From assembly GCF_006345805.1 (NCBI RefSeq), contig NC_043016.1, forward strand, positions 2,294,001 through 2,358,000: 64,000 nt of DNA, written 5' to 3'. A program made the translations under genes and the position numbers. This document shows positions 1 to 12,471 of the stretch, piece by piece. Under the pieces are notes generated by a model. It saw only the letters and a list, made by a program, of their open reading frames with translations. It made no database searches and was not told where the DNA came from. This DNA comes from Octopus sinensis (Eukaryota). Within the stretch, counting starts at the first letter, position 1. Every line of letters begins with the position of its first letter.

Positions 1-32
1 GATATTGCAATTAGAATATTATTTTCTATTAT

Positions 33-179
33 TTGTTTCAGTCATTTGACTGCGGCCATGCTGGAGCATCGCCTTTAATCGAACAAATCGACCCCAGAAC
101 TTATTCTATGGGTCTCTTTTGCCGAACTGCTCTGTTATCAAGTGATGGTAGGGGCTGGGGACAAACTCAGACACACAAC

Positions 180-244
<65 letters not shown>

Positions 245-377
245 CTACGACGGGCTTCTTTCAGTTTCCGTCTACCAATCCACTCACAAGGATTGGTCGG
301 CCCGAAGCTCCATGCAGTGGGACTGAATCCAGAACCATGTGGTTGATAAGCAAGCTACTTACCACACAGCCACTACT
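33..377 (-). mobile_element. tRNA-derived SINE, family A (internal (TA)n/(TG)n tract), partly deleted
   Basis: Reverse complement matches the full copies at 35910 and 59936 (GTGGCTGTGTGGTAAGTAGCTTG...GGCCGCAGTCAAATGACTGAAAC). Confidence 0.85.
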
Positions 378-514
378 GGTCATTGCATATTGCCTTCGTC
401 CACCATCTCAGCTATTGGTCACAACACTTTGTACGTTTACACTCGTCTCGCAATGTAATTATTGGTCACCACATGCAATAACACCACAACAGTCAGCCAA
501 TATAACTAGAGGTT

Positions 515-715
515 AAGGTGGTGAGATGCGGAAACTTTAGCATGCCGGCCATTTTGTTCCACTTTACGTTCGGAGTTCAAATTCCGCCAAGGTTGACCTT
601 GCATTTCATCATTTCGGGAAGGATAAAATATGTAGTAATTGAGTACTGAGGCGGATGTGGTCGATTTAACCACTTTCTCGAAATTGCTAGACTTGTGCCA
701 AACTTTGAAGTCAAA
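515..715 (+). mobile_element. SINE family B (Nin/Deu-domain-like), degenerate
   Basis: GTTCAAATTCCGCC...GCATTTCATCATTTCGGGAAGGATAAA resembles the copy at 31545. Confidence 0.6.
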
Positions 716-1144
716 ATAACTAGTGGTCACCGCACATTGGTCACCGTATATACTAATTCTCTACCATCTACCATTGCAGCTAGCATTTATCATTCAATTT
801 CACTTTTACAGTCTCCCTTAACCACGGTGTCTACAATTGTAGTTACTACAAGCTATGACTCTTCGTTCGTTTGTACCCACTTCTTCGAGTCTATCACCAT
901 GATGTCTCAGTAAACAGATATTTCACGTGACATAATAAACAAAGCAGTCTCTATATTCGGTTGAAATGACTGCTAGTTGTATTCTCCGTTGGTTTCTTTA
1001 TTTTTGTCCCCAAAACTAGTCAGTTCTTCCTGTTGTTGGAAATAGCTAATCTCCCTCTGCCATTTTCATGCTTTTCCCCTCCTCCGCCCTAAGCCATCTC
1101 TCTTTGTTTTTATCAGTGTATACATGCACGTATAAACAAGTGGG

Positions 1145-1217
<73 letters not shown>

Positions 1218-2263
1218 TATATATACTAAAAACACATCGCAATGTATACGTAAGTACGTACGTATATGTATACGTATAGAAACATGATATATATATATAT
1301 TATATATATATATATGTGTGTGTGTGTGTCTGAGCGCGAATGTGTGTATAACCGACATGTACATATATCTACACATAAAATTTTCAGAAATCTATACATA
1401 AAAAATTACTTAAGAATGTCATTATATATATAACCATGTACACGCGCGCGCACACACACATACACACACAAACGCACGCACACATACACACACACTTATA
1501 TATATATATGTATTCATATGCATATATAGGAGCACATACATACACACATATTCTGAAAAAACTGCTAAGACATGATGAAATGGAAAAGGAGAAGAGGAAA
1601 CCCAAATAATTATTTGTTTGTGTGTGAGTGTAAGTCTGTGTAAGTGTGTGTGTGAGAGCGTATGTATTTATAATAAAAGAAAGAAAACCATGCAAAAGAA
1701 TGTAAAATAATACATATTTGTTTATAATTTTTCCACCATTTTTTCCTCTTTTTAACCGAAAGCTTCATCCGAGGACATAACAAATGTTAAGAATTAAGAC
1801 AAACTTAAGACTTTAGCGAGTTATTGGAAGACTTGAGAGTAGGAATTATTTGTCTATACAATCTAATTAATTATAACAGTTAATGAAATTCTGAGATTTT
1901 TTCTTTAATTACTGCTTAGAAAGAATGCACAATAGCCGCAGGAATAACAACGAGAATAAGAAGTTCTCTTCAAATTTCTATAGTTTCTGGTTCAATTGCG
2001 ATGTACAGCAACTTGTGAATATATTCTCTACAATAACCTTGAAATTTGGTTAAAGGAAGTTTCATGGAAGCCATTCAGAAGGCTTTTTTGCTTTTAGGAA
2101 TCTAATAGCACCATCTAGTCTTTATGTGCATTTGTTTGATTCTACTCTGCTGCCGATATTTGGACTGTTCCCAATTTGAAGATAACTTCATTGTTTTCTT
2201 GTCACCTGTCTCTGAAGCTTCGATAAAGATAATGGGTGTAGTTCATTCCTCCTGTGTCTAAGG

Positions 2264-2528
2264 CATGGTTCTCAACGGGGGTCTATATGACCTTAGAGGA
2301 TCCACATAAGGTTTTGTTGTTAAAATCTGCGCAATAAATTGTTTATGCTTTTACAATACAAAAAATATTTTAACAATTTTTTTATACAATCCTTAATATT
2401 TAATTATAAAGATATAATAGAATTCTTCAATATATAATAAAATTCTTCAAACATTTATGTGAAACAGGGTCCATCTGTGTGAAACAGGAGCCAAAGGGGT
2501 CCATGGATAAAAATGGTTGAGAACCATA
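2264..2528. mobile_element. hAT-like MITE
   Basis: Terminal inverted repeats CATGGTTCTCAAC / GTTGAGAACCAT resemble Charlie-type hAT ends; no coding capacity. Confidence 0.65.
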
Positions 2529-3052
2529 AAATATTTGGAATTTACAAAAAAAAAAAGACGAAGACGAGTGTGTAAACAACAAACAGATGTATTAGTTTAA
2601 CGCTCGGGAAGTGAGAAAATCTACGCTCTGGGACAGATAGGTACATAGAAATTTACAGGGAGAGAAAATAAAAAAAGGTTTAATGGCTAGCCGTCAATCA
2701 TGGCGACCAAAGCCATAAAATATGTCACTAAGATTTGAATAATGACTTTTTAATTTTATATTTTTGTTTTTAACCATCTGTTGCCCTTGATATATTAGAC
2801 ATATGATGAAAGGCGTTGCAAGCCACGGTAATCTTGATTTAATTTTAGGCAAGTGGTTTCTAGATAAATGTATCAAACGCTTCTGGACAACTGCATCTTT
2901 AAAGACTTTAGAGTTTAATTTAAGGCAGATTTGTAATTTAGCAGCTATTTCTAGACGGTGAGCCTCCACGTAGAGTCATTCTCGTTGCTACGAACATATA
3001 CAGAATAATACACACAAACACACACAATCATATACACAAATACGTGCACACA

Positions 3053-3112
<60 letters not shown>

Positions 3113-3305
3113 AAGTATAACCAGGGGAGAAGTTTGAAGAATCTGGTCAAGTATTGAAATGACTGCAATTGAAATGCGTTTATTCCTTTCACTTATAGCC
3201 CAATATCCCAGTGAACCATTCCAATAGTCTAATCTTAATTCAAAAGTATAACCAAGAGAGATATTAGAATCATTAGTCACCTATAGTCACTCCTGCGTAT
3301 GATAT

Positions 3306-3440
3306 AGGCACAGACGTGGCTGTGTGGTAAGAAGCTTGCTTCCCATGCGTGGCACCTTACACAAGTGTCTCCTATTATAACTTCGAGCCAACCAAAGCCT
3401 TGTGAGTGAATTTGGTAGACGGAAACTGAAAGAAGCCTGT

Positions 3441-3442
<2 letters not shown>
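3306..3442 (+). mobile_element. SINE family A, 5' part
   Basis: GTGGCTGTGTGGTAAGAAGCTTGC...GGAAACTGAAAGAAGCC followed by (TA)n. Confidence 0.75.
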
Positions 3443-3477
<35 letters not shown>

Positions 3478-3543
3478 GTGGTACAACAAGGCACCAATGT
3501 TTTCTGGAAATAGCAGTCGATAACCACACGACGCTATTCTCTT

Positions 3544-3856
3544 TTGTTTCAGTCATTTGTCTGTGGCCTACTACTTATCCTATCGGTCTTTTGCCGAACC
3601 GCTAAGTTACGGGGACATAAACACAGCAGCACCAGTTGTCAAGCAATGTTCATGGGACAAACACAGACACACAAACGTACACCCACACACATACATATAT
3701 ATATATACATATATACGACGGGCTTCTTTCAGTTTCTGTCAACCAAATCCACTCACAAGGCTTTGGTCGGCCCGAGGCTATAATAGAAGGCACTTGCCCA
3801 AGATGCCACGCAGTGGCCCTGAACACGGAACCATGTGGTTGGTAAGCAAGCTACTT
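3544..3856 (-). mobile_element. SINE family A body, interrupted in its head by an insertion
   Basis: Matches family A up to GTAAGCAAGCTACTT; the rest of the head resumes at 5885-5921. Confidence 0.85.
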
Positions 3857-5884
3857 TTATTCGTTTCATTTGCCATAGAGGCAGTACAGAGATGGGTAGC
3901 TTTGCGGGCTAGACAAGACATTGATGAGGCGAATGAAAATGATACAAGATGATAAGGATGGGAGAAGAGAGAAAGCGCCCGCCGACCCTCTGCTTCTTTA
4001 AAACATTGTTCTTTAAAAACACATATACAGATGTATTAACCCTCTTACAGTTTAAAATACAATATATTTGAACTCAAAAGTCTACACAAATACAAAACAT
4101 AATTTATACACAAATTAGAGGCGATAAACCTCTACAAATCTTCCCCGTGCAATTTCCTTGCAACTTGCAGGCATTCCTGAAACTGCAATCCGGGTCTCCA
4201 AAAAAGAATTCTATAATTCTCGTTTTTACATGAGTCAATTCTAAGATCACAGTACTTTCTTTCCAGCACCAGAGCAGCCACCTGCGAAGGCCACTCTGGG
4301 CTGTCTATACAAGTCAGGTTTCTCAGGACCCGATTATCCATATCATTCTCCACGAAACTGTCAATAGCTCTTCCACTGAGATAGAACATATATTCTTAAC
4401 CACTTTTACTGGGAGGGGCCTCAACTCCCTCGCTCGGTGGCACACATCCGAATGACGAGGTTATCTTCTCCCCGCTCTGGTTGCACACATCCAACCGAAG
4501 TGATCTCAGGACATGCCGTCGCCGGCAATGCCCCATTTTTCTTCTTTCTCTTCTTTTTTCTTTTTACGACGGTAGGATGGAATTCCTCCGACATCTCCGG
4601 AGGACCCCCGCCCCGCCGTCTCAGGATTCATCGGTAGGAAACCATTGTTGCCCCTTCTTTCTTTTCCCCTCTTTGTTTTCGATGATGTTGCCTCCTCCTC
4701 GACTTTTTCCTCCAGTGGGGGACTAGGGGACACCTTTTCAGCCAACTGTTCCAGACCCCTGTCTGTTCCCGGCAACAGTTCTTTATATGGCCCGATTCCA
4801 GGCGCAGATGTCACTTGGGGGGACGTCCCTCAACCATCACCAGATACCTGGAACCGGCCATTGTTAAAAAATCTGGTAAAACCAGATCATCGACTGATTG
4901 GATCCATAGGGTCAAAATTGCTTTTGACCCGACCCAATCAACCGCAGGCCACAATTTTACATTTAAAAGCCTGGCAGGCCCGCCACCCGGGACCCGACGG
5001 ATAGTATCTTCTTTCCACTCGGCCTCTATACCGGGTGGCAGACCACACATCCAGGCTCTTGTCAACTTTCTACCGCCGTAAGTAGGGAGAAACAAAATTT
5101 TCTCCCCCTCCAAAGCATGCTCGTAAAATCACGTGCTTCCACAGGGGCGTCAAAAAGTACACACACAGTTCCATACTTCTCCCCCCTGCAGATAGTCTGC
5201 CAACTCCTTAATTTCTTCCTGAGAGAAGACCTTGATGGTGTCAAGGACCCTGGAACAAGTCCTTAACACCACCGTTCTCTCCGTATAATTTTTCAACCAT
5301 TTTTCGGGGGCCACAATTTTCCACTCCAAAGCGGATTTCACAGTTGCCATGTTGATAGCCAAAACAAAAATAATAAAAATCCACAAACAAAAATCAAAAT
5401 GTTCAAATGAAAGTCTATAAAGAAACTCAAAAATGATCAGAAAGACAGACAGGAGAAGAAAGAGCGAAGGAAGATAGTCCAAAATGGCAACACAACACAA
5501 TTCTGCTACTCTGGTAATCCAAACTGGTAGTCCTTCACAGCACAAATAGTATTCCGTCCAACTCTGGCTGTACTCTTATCCTTTATGGTAAAAATCTTGA
5601 AAGGGCACAAACACAGTCATAGAAAATTCCAAAAAATTTTCGGAGGGACGCGCCTCCCAACTCAATTCTCACTACGAAGTGAATCTTCTTGCATGACTCC
5701 TGGCAAAAAATGCCTGGAACCCAGTGGAGATCCCTGTTCGAAAAAATACTTAAATACAAACAGCAGACCCCACTAAGCTCCCAAAAACCAAATGCTTTAC
5801 CTGTGGTCATGCTTCAAATGTTCAATTTTTCACGTACGACATGACTTCCACCGCGACGAAAAACAACGCGACAACTTGGTAGCA
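3857..5884 (-). mobile_element. ORF1-only (HAL1-like) non-autonomous Tx1/L1-type retroelement, apparently full length
   Basis: Flanked by a 15-bp imperfect direct repeat (3842-3856 / 5885-5899). Carries a decayed ORF1 and no APE or RT. Its 3' end resembles the Tx1 3' termini in this window. Confidence 0.75.
4132..5350 (-). pseudogene. Decayed LINE ORF1 (gag-like, degenerate zinc knuckle)
   Basis: Frameshifted pieces MATVKSALEW..., RGEKYGTVCVLFD, PTYGGRKLTRAWMCGLPPGIEAEW, LPDFL...VEGRPPK align by eye with ORF1 at 37356 and 49674. Confidence 0.7.
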
Positions 5885-5921
5885 GTAAGCGAACTACTTA
5901 CCACACAGCTACTCCTGCTCC
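5885..5921 (-). mobile_element. 5' head of the split family A SINE
   Basis: Reverse complement reads GGAGCAGGAGTAGCTGTGTGGTAAGTAGTTCGCTTAC. Confidence 0.8.
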
Positions 5922-6105
5922 TATGTAAAGCTTCACTGAATGTATACTGGCTAAGATGTGTGCGGAGAATGAATATAAAAAAAGTATTTGTCTTACATCT
6001 AGAACCGCTATTTTCTATTTATGATTTTACCTTTACGGTGATTATTTAGCCTATGAAATAATTCTATAGAACTGCTATAAAATATTTATTCACACACACA
6101 CGCAA

Positions 6106-6141
<36 letters not shown>

Positions 6142-6144
6142 CAT

Positions 6145-6420
6145 GATAGATCGGTAGCCACTACACATATTTTTTTCTCTCCTTGTTTTTTGTGTCCCTT
6201 TCTGTAGAGGAGCGTAGGCTCGAAACGTAAAAGACTTTTTCAATTCCTGGGCGTTATACTAATACATCTGTTTGTTTTGTACACCATCTGTCTTCGTCTT
6301 TTGTTTAATCGCGTGAACTCTCCCCTATATATATACACACACATATATATATACACGTATATATGTTTGTTTTGTATACCACCTGTCTTCGTCTTTTGAT
6401 ATTTTTCGTAAACTTTCCCT
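6145..6420 (+). mobile_element. Short interspersed repeat (probably PLE-derived) with a hammerhead-like motif; relatives at about 2545-2620 (-) and 22010-22140 (+)
   Basis: Shared GAGCGTAGG(C/T)TCGAAAC and GCGTTA.ACTAATACATCTG blocks. Confidence 0.55.
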
Positions 6421-7029
6421 ATATATATATATATATATACATACGTACATATATATATATATGAAAGAAAGTTTGAAAATGCAATTTTAAAAGGTTTCAC
6501 TTTTTTAGAAAAAAATTGTCAAAAGTAAAATGTAAGAGCTTTGTAAAACTTTGTTGTGTTAAGTACTGGTTGTCACAAAATATTACAATACATGTATGCA
6601 TTCTTTGATAATAATAAGAAAATGTTAAAATAGTTTACAAGGAAAAATCTTGAGAAAATATAAAAAAGCTCATTGAAAATATTAGGATTTCATTAAAAAT
6701 CAGGTTTGTTTGGAAGTATCTATCTATCTATATATATATACAGAAAATTATAAGTTCAAAAAGGTCATATTTTGGTGGTATATATATATATATATATGCA
6801 GGAGATATATTTAGGAGTTTACAAAGAATTTGAGATAAACTGACCTGTTTTACCATTTTTTTCCTTTTCTGTGAAGCTAAATAAAGGCTGATTATTATTT
6901 AAAGGGACAGTGTGTCTGTTGGTTTGGGTGGGGGGAAGGAGGAGCAATGTGGAATCGAAAGGAAATGTTTGTTGTTTCTCTTTAGTCTTTCATGGTTCAG
7001 TTGTTTTGGGGACTGGTCTCAGCGGTCAG

Positions 7030-8400
7030 AATGGTGTGAGTGTGTGTGTGTGTGTGTGCGTGTGTGTATATGTGTGCACGTTTGTGTGTGTATGTGTGTC
7101 ATTAATATTTGTTAGTGTGTGTATGTGTTTGTTCGCGTGTGTGTATGTGTGCCTCTGTGGGTGCGTGTGTATGTTTGTGTGTTTTTTTGTGTTGGTGGGG
7201 ATGTTATGTGTGTGTACATGAGTGTGTGTTTATCTCTGTCTTAGTATGTATGTGTTGTTATGGTTGTCTTGGTGTTGTGTGTGCATGTATGTGATTGGTG
7301 TTTGTCATGGTGTTGTGTGTGCGCATGTGTGTGTATATGTGTTTGTTCGCGTGTGTGTATGTGTGCGTCTGTATGTGCGCGCGTGTAGGTTTGTGTGTTT
7401 GTGTGTTTTTTGTGTTGGTGGGGATGTTATGTGTATGTGAGTATATGTGTTATGTCTGTATGATTATGTTTGTGTTTTAATTGTCCTTGTGGTGTGTGTG
7501 TGCGTGAGCAACCTTATGTATCTGTGAGGGTGCATATATATGTGTGGATATGTGAGTAAGTGTGCTGTATTTATCAGGGGTTCTGTGTGTCCATGTGTGT
7601 TGGGTTTATCTGGGTGGTGTGTATGTATGTGCATATGCATTTTGTGTGTTTTGGTATTTAGTATGTGTTTGAGTGTGTGTGTGTGTATATGTGGGTATCG
7701 TTTATGTAGTTTCCGTGTGTGTGTGCTGCATTTGTAAGTGATTTGTTTTTTTTTGTATTGTTAGTGCAGTGTGTGTGTATACGTGTGGGTGTGCTTGTGT
7801 GAGTGTGTCTATATGTCCTGTATTTGTGGGTGAGGTGTGTGTCATTGTGTGTGTATGCTTGTGTATATGTATTTTTGTGAGTGTTTGTTGTGGTTGTTGG
7901 GATTGTATTGTGAGTGTATGCCTGTTTTTTTCTTTTGAGTGTGTGTGTGTGTGATTTTATTACTGGGGTTCGGGCGTATTGTGTATGTGCAGGTATGCAT
8001 AAATGCGTGTGTGTTTGTGTGAGTTGTGTTGTAGCTGTGTGTTTGTGTATCTGTGTATGTGTGTGTGTGTTTGTGTGAATGTGATTTGTAATTTCGGGGT
8101 AGTGTGTGTGTGCATGTCCGTGTTTACATATGTGTATATGTGTTTGTGAGTGTTGGTTATGGTTGCTAGTATCATATTGTAAGTGTATATATGTATGTGT
8201 TTTTTTGGAATGTGTGTGTTTGTGCTCTAGTGTGAGGATATTGTGTTTGTGCAAGTGTATTTGCGTCGGAGGTTGGCATTGTTTTTGTGTGTGTGTGATT
8301 TTGTATATCTATATGTGTTTCTGTGTGTGTGTTTGTTTGTTTTGGATGTGTACCTGGGGGGTATGTTAGAGTATGTTGAGTTGTGGTCTGTATTTTTTGA
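7030..8400. repeat. Long degenerate (GT)-rich low-complexity tract
   Basis: Imperfect GT/GTAT repeats over about 1.4 kb; possibly the 3' region of the adjacent PLE. Confidence 0.85.
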
Positions 8401-8515
8401 ATAAGATTATTTTCCCTATTTTTCTGTTTCTTGGTGTGTGTGGTTGTCCGGCATTGGTATAGTGGGAAACTAGGATTTGGGGGACTTGTTGTGTGCACAG
8501 AAGTCTAAATGCTCA

Positions 8516-8757
8516 CTAAGTGGTATATGTCTTGTGGTGGGATCCCTCAGTTGTTGTCATCCTTTCTCTGAGGGTAAGGCTCGTTTGCCCTATGTAATCT
8601 TTGTGGCACCCTTCACATCTTATGACATAGAGTAAATTCTTTGGTGCGCAGGTGAAATTATTTTTTATGACAAAAGTGTGTCCCGACTGGAATTTGTACA
8701 CTGGTCCTTCAATGAGGTGGATACAAGTCCTACAGTTGGAACGACCACATTTTTTGA
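8516..8757 (-). pseudogene. Penelope-like GIY-YIG endonuclease fragment (different clade from the Naiads)
   Basis: KKCGRSNCRTCIH...FTCAPKNLLYVIRCEGCHKDYIGQTSLTLRERM; truncated by the Dong element. Confidence 0.8.
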
Positions 8758-11700
8758 GAAGATAATACAGAGGAAATGATTATAGACCTGATTGGCAAAG
8801 TGAAATACTCCCTGATTGGCAAAGTGAAATACTCTCTGAACCAATCATAAACACTAAGACAGATGAACATCAAATAGATAAAGAAAGTCACACAAATATT
8901 GACCTAACAGAACTACATGAGCTAAAAAATCAAATCATGATGAATGGCTGAAAATTAAAGAAACCAGCATGGATGAACGCGATGCACTCCCGACAACACT
9001 AACCAAAACATGAAAATAATTGGTAAAATCCGGCTTGCACTTAAGGATATAATTTCAGCTAATGATGTTGATATCACAAATCTCAACCACCTATACTATG
9101 CATCCCGAAAAATCTCAACGATCCTATGGTGTAAAGATTAGAAAACGGCAACATTCCCACAAAAAGGCTTCTTGGCAAGAGCGTTTGCAAAATCAAATTA
9201 AACTATTTAGATCTGGCATTGAATATTTGAAAAACCTTAAGATTCACAAGACTACCAAACCTACAAAAACCCAAAATTAATGAAGAAATATAATATGAAA
9301 ACTATACTTGATACTGATGCTACCATAGAAACCATCAAACAAAAGGTATCTGCCAAAGCTGCTCGCAGTGCGAGGTATGAAAAGCCTGTTAGATTTTTCA
9401 AGGACAACAACATGTTCAAGAATAACCCGAAAACTTTTTACAGGAAGATAGGAAAAACAGCAGTTACTGTAAAGTCTGTACCATCAAAAGAAGAAGTGCA
9501 GGGATTTTGGACTAAAATTGGGGCAGAAGAAAAAACACACAACGAAAAGACCCCATGGATTGACAAAATATCTACAGAACTGGACTCCTTAGAAGAGCAA
9601 AAGTGTGAGGGTGTCAAGGTAGAAGATATAAGATCTGCTCTCAGGAGGTCAAGCAAATGGAAGTCTCCAGAAAAGGATAAAATTCCTAACTTCTGGCTGA
9701 ATACCTTCCCAGAGAGCCATGATCTGCTAACAGAACTGTACAATGATGTTTTGCAACACCCTAGTAGGATGCCTCCTTGGCTAGTTAATGGTTTAATATT
9801 CATGCTTCCAAAAAGTGAAGAAACAAATGAACCAAAAAAATTAGACCCATGACCTGCTTAACAACTATGTATAAAACGCTAACATCTGTCCTGACGGAAT
9901 ATACTTATAGTTTTTTAACAGAGAGCAGCATATTCCCTAATGAACAAAAAGGATGTAAACGTGGATCCTATGGTTGTAAAGATCAGCTACTCATCAATAA
10001 GATGATCTTAGAAGATTGTCACAAACGACACAAATACTTATCAATAGCCTGGATAGACAATAAAAAGGCTTTTGATAGCCTACCACATAGCTGGATTAAG
10101 AAATGCCTGGAAATGTATAAAATAGCACCTACTCTGCGAAACTTTTTGACTGTAAGTATGAGATCATGGAGAACCACACTAACTTTGAACAGTGACGGTG
10201 AATCTCTAAATGCTGGTGATGTAAAAATTTCATGTGGCATTTTCCAGGGTGACTCACTATCACCACTCCTCTTTTGTTTAGCCTTAATACCTCTCTCAAA
10301 ATTGCTCAATGACGCGCAGTACGGATATAAAATGTTTGATAATTATATATATCATCTCATTTACATGGATGATTTAAAGCTTTTTGCAAAAAATGACCAA
10401 CAACTCAAGGGCTTACTAGCGATAGTCAAACAATTCAGTGACGACATCAGAATGCAATTTGGCCTCGATAAATGTGCAAAAGCTACATTTATCAAAGGAA
10501 AAATGACAGAAACATCTAACGATAACATTGACCAGCAGAATGTCATAAAAGAAGTAGACCCAGCAGAGAGCTACAAGTACCTAGGGGTAATTGAAGGGGA
10601 CAGAATAAGGCATTCAGAGATGAAGGAAAGGATCAGGAGAGAATGTTATTGAAGAGTTAGAGCAATACTCAAGACAGAGCTGAATGCAAGAAACAGGATC
10701 GAAGCGATCAACGCTTTAGCCATACCAGTCGTGACTTACAGTTTCAATATGGTCAATTACTGAAGTATGTCAGCTTGACAGAAAAATACGAAAAGTGTTG
10801 ACAATGCATAGGATGCACCACCCTAAGGAAGATACAGAACGACTTTATCTGCCAAGAAAAGAGGGAGGCCGTGGACTTTTACAACTGGCAATAACAATGA
10901 AGATTGCTACAATCGGCCTAGACACCTACCTGAAAAACTCTGAGGACTGGACGTTAAAACTTGTCTCAAAACATGAAAACAAAAACGCATCATACTCAGT
11001 AACAAAACAGGCAAAGGAATATCTAAGTGAATTCCGAATACAACAAATTTCGGAATTAGGCTCACAAGAAACAAGCACAGAAAAAGCTAAGCGCATGAAA
11101 ACCCGTACTAAATATGCTGCCTTAGATATTCTGAATGGTAAGTGGCAAGAAAAACCTCTCTATGGCAAATACCCAAAGAGACCGAATAATGCAGATGTTG
11201 ACAAAGCCCTGACCCATCAATGGCTAATGGCCTCTGGCTTAAGATCTGAAACAGAAGGGTTTATCATAGCAGCTCAAGATCAATGCCTACTAACAAGAAA
11301 CATAAGGCCAACATATTAAAGAACGGCAGTAGCCCAACATGTCGTGTATGTCAACAACAAAATGAAACCATTGATCATGTTGTCTCCAAGTGCAGTCTTC
11401 TAGCGCCTACAGAGTATCTCAACAGGCATGATAGAGCTGCACAATATATTCACTGGGTAATTTACAAAAACCTGGATTTGCCCCATGAAAAAAAAAAACT
11501 GGTGGGAACACAATCCATCTCCAGTGCTTGAAAATGACCACATCTCACTCCTCTGGAACTTCACCATTCAAACTGACAGAAAGATTGATTCAAACAGGGC
11601 AGAAATTATATTGAAAGACTTCAGACAAAGAACATGCCTCCTCATTGATATGACTGTCCCAATCGATATAAACGTATCTGTCAAGACCTACCAGAAACTG

Positions 11701-12100
11701 AGCATATATAAAGATATTGAAATAGAAATCAGCAAAATGTGGAAGCTGAAGACTAAAACAATACCTGTTGTCATAGGTGCCCTGTGAATGATAGCGAAAA
11801 GGGCTGATTGCTGCCTAACTCAGATTCCAGGAATCCCCAAATGGCAGAAATTCAAAAGATAGTGCTCATGGGAACTGCTCATATCCAACGCAAAATACTC
11901 TCTATGTAATCTCAAGGTTTAAAATAAACTCTTTTTAAAAAAAATTTATTTATTAGACATTCACTAGTACAACACCCCCCCCCCCAAATATATGGCACAC
12001 TAGGCATAACAACAACGTGAACTTCCAACATGTGGTCTCTTGAGGTCTCTGAGTGAGATTTGGAGCCAACTTGTACAAGCACAAAGCAAAAGTCAAACAT
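8758..12100 (+). mobile_element. R4/Dong-clade non-LTR retrotransposon, 5'-truncated and decayed (copy 1)
   Basis: RT motifs EQKGC, KAFDS, QGDSLSPLLF, YMDD; CRVC...HVVSKC...RHD zinc finger; restriction-like endonuclease region (LIDMTVP); ends in (TAA)n. Confidence 0.92.
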
Positions 12101-12103
12101 AGG

Positions 12104-12136
12104 ATAATAATAATAATTATAATAATAATAATAATA

Positions 12137-12175
<39 letters not shown>

Positions 12176-12235
12176 TGATGATGATAACGATGATGATAAT
12201 GATAATAATAATAATAAAATAATAATAATAATAAT

Positions 12236-12296
<61 letters not shown>

Positions 12297-12362
12297 TGAT
12301 GATGATGATAATAATATAATGATGATGATAATAATGATAATAATAATAATAATAATAATAAC

Positions 12363-12430
<68 letters not shown>

Positions 12431-12471
12431 CAAGAACAATAACAGCAACAACAACAAGAACAATAATAATA
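12104..12471 (+). repeat. (TAA)n microsatellite between the Dong copies
   Basis: TAA/TGA/CAA triplet tract. Confidence 0.95.
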
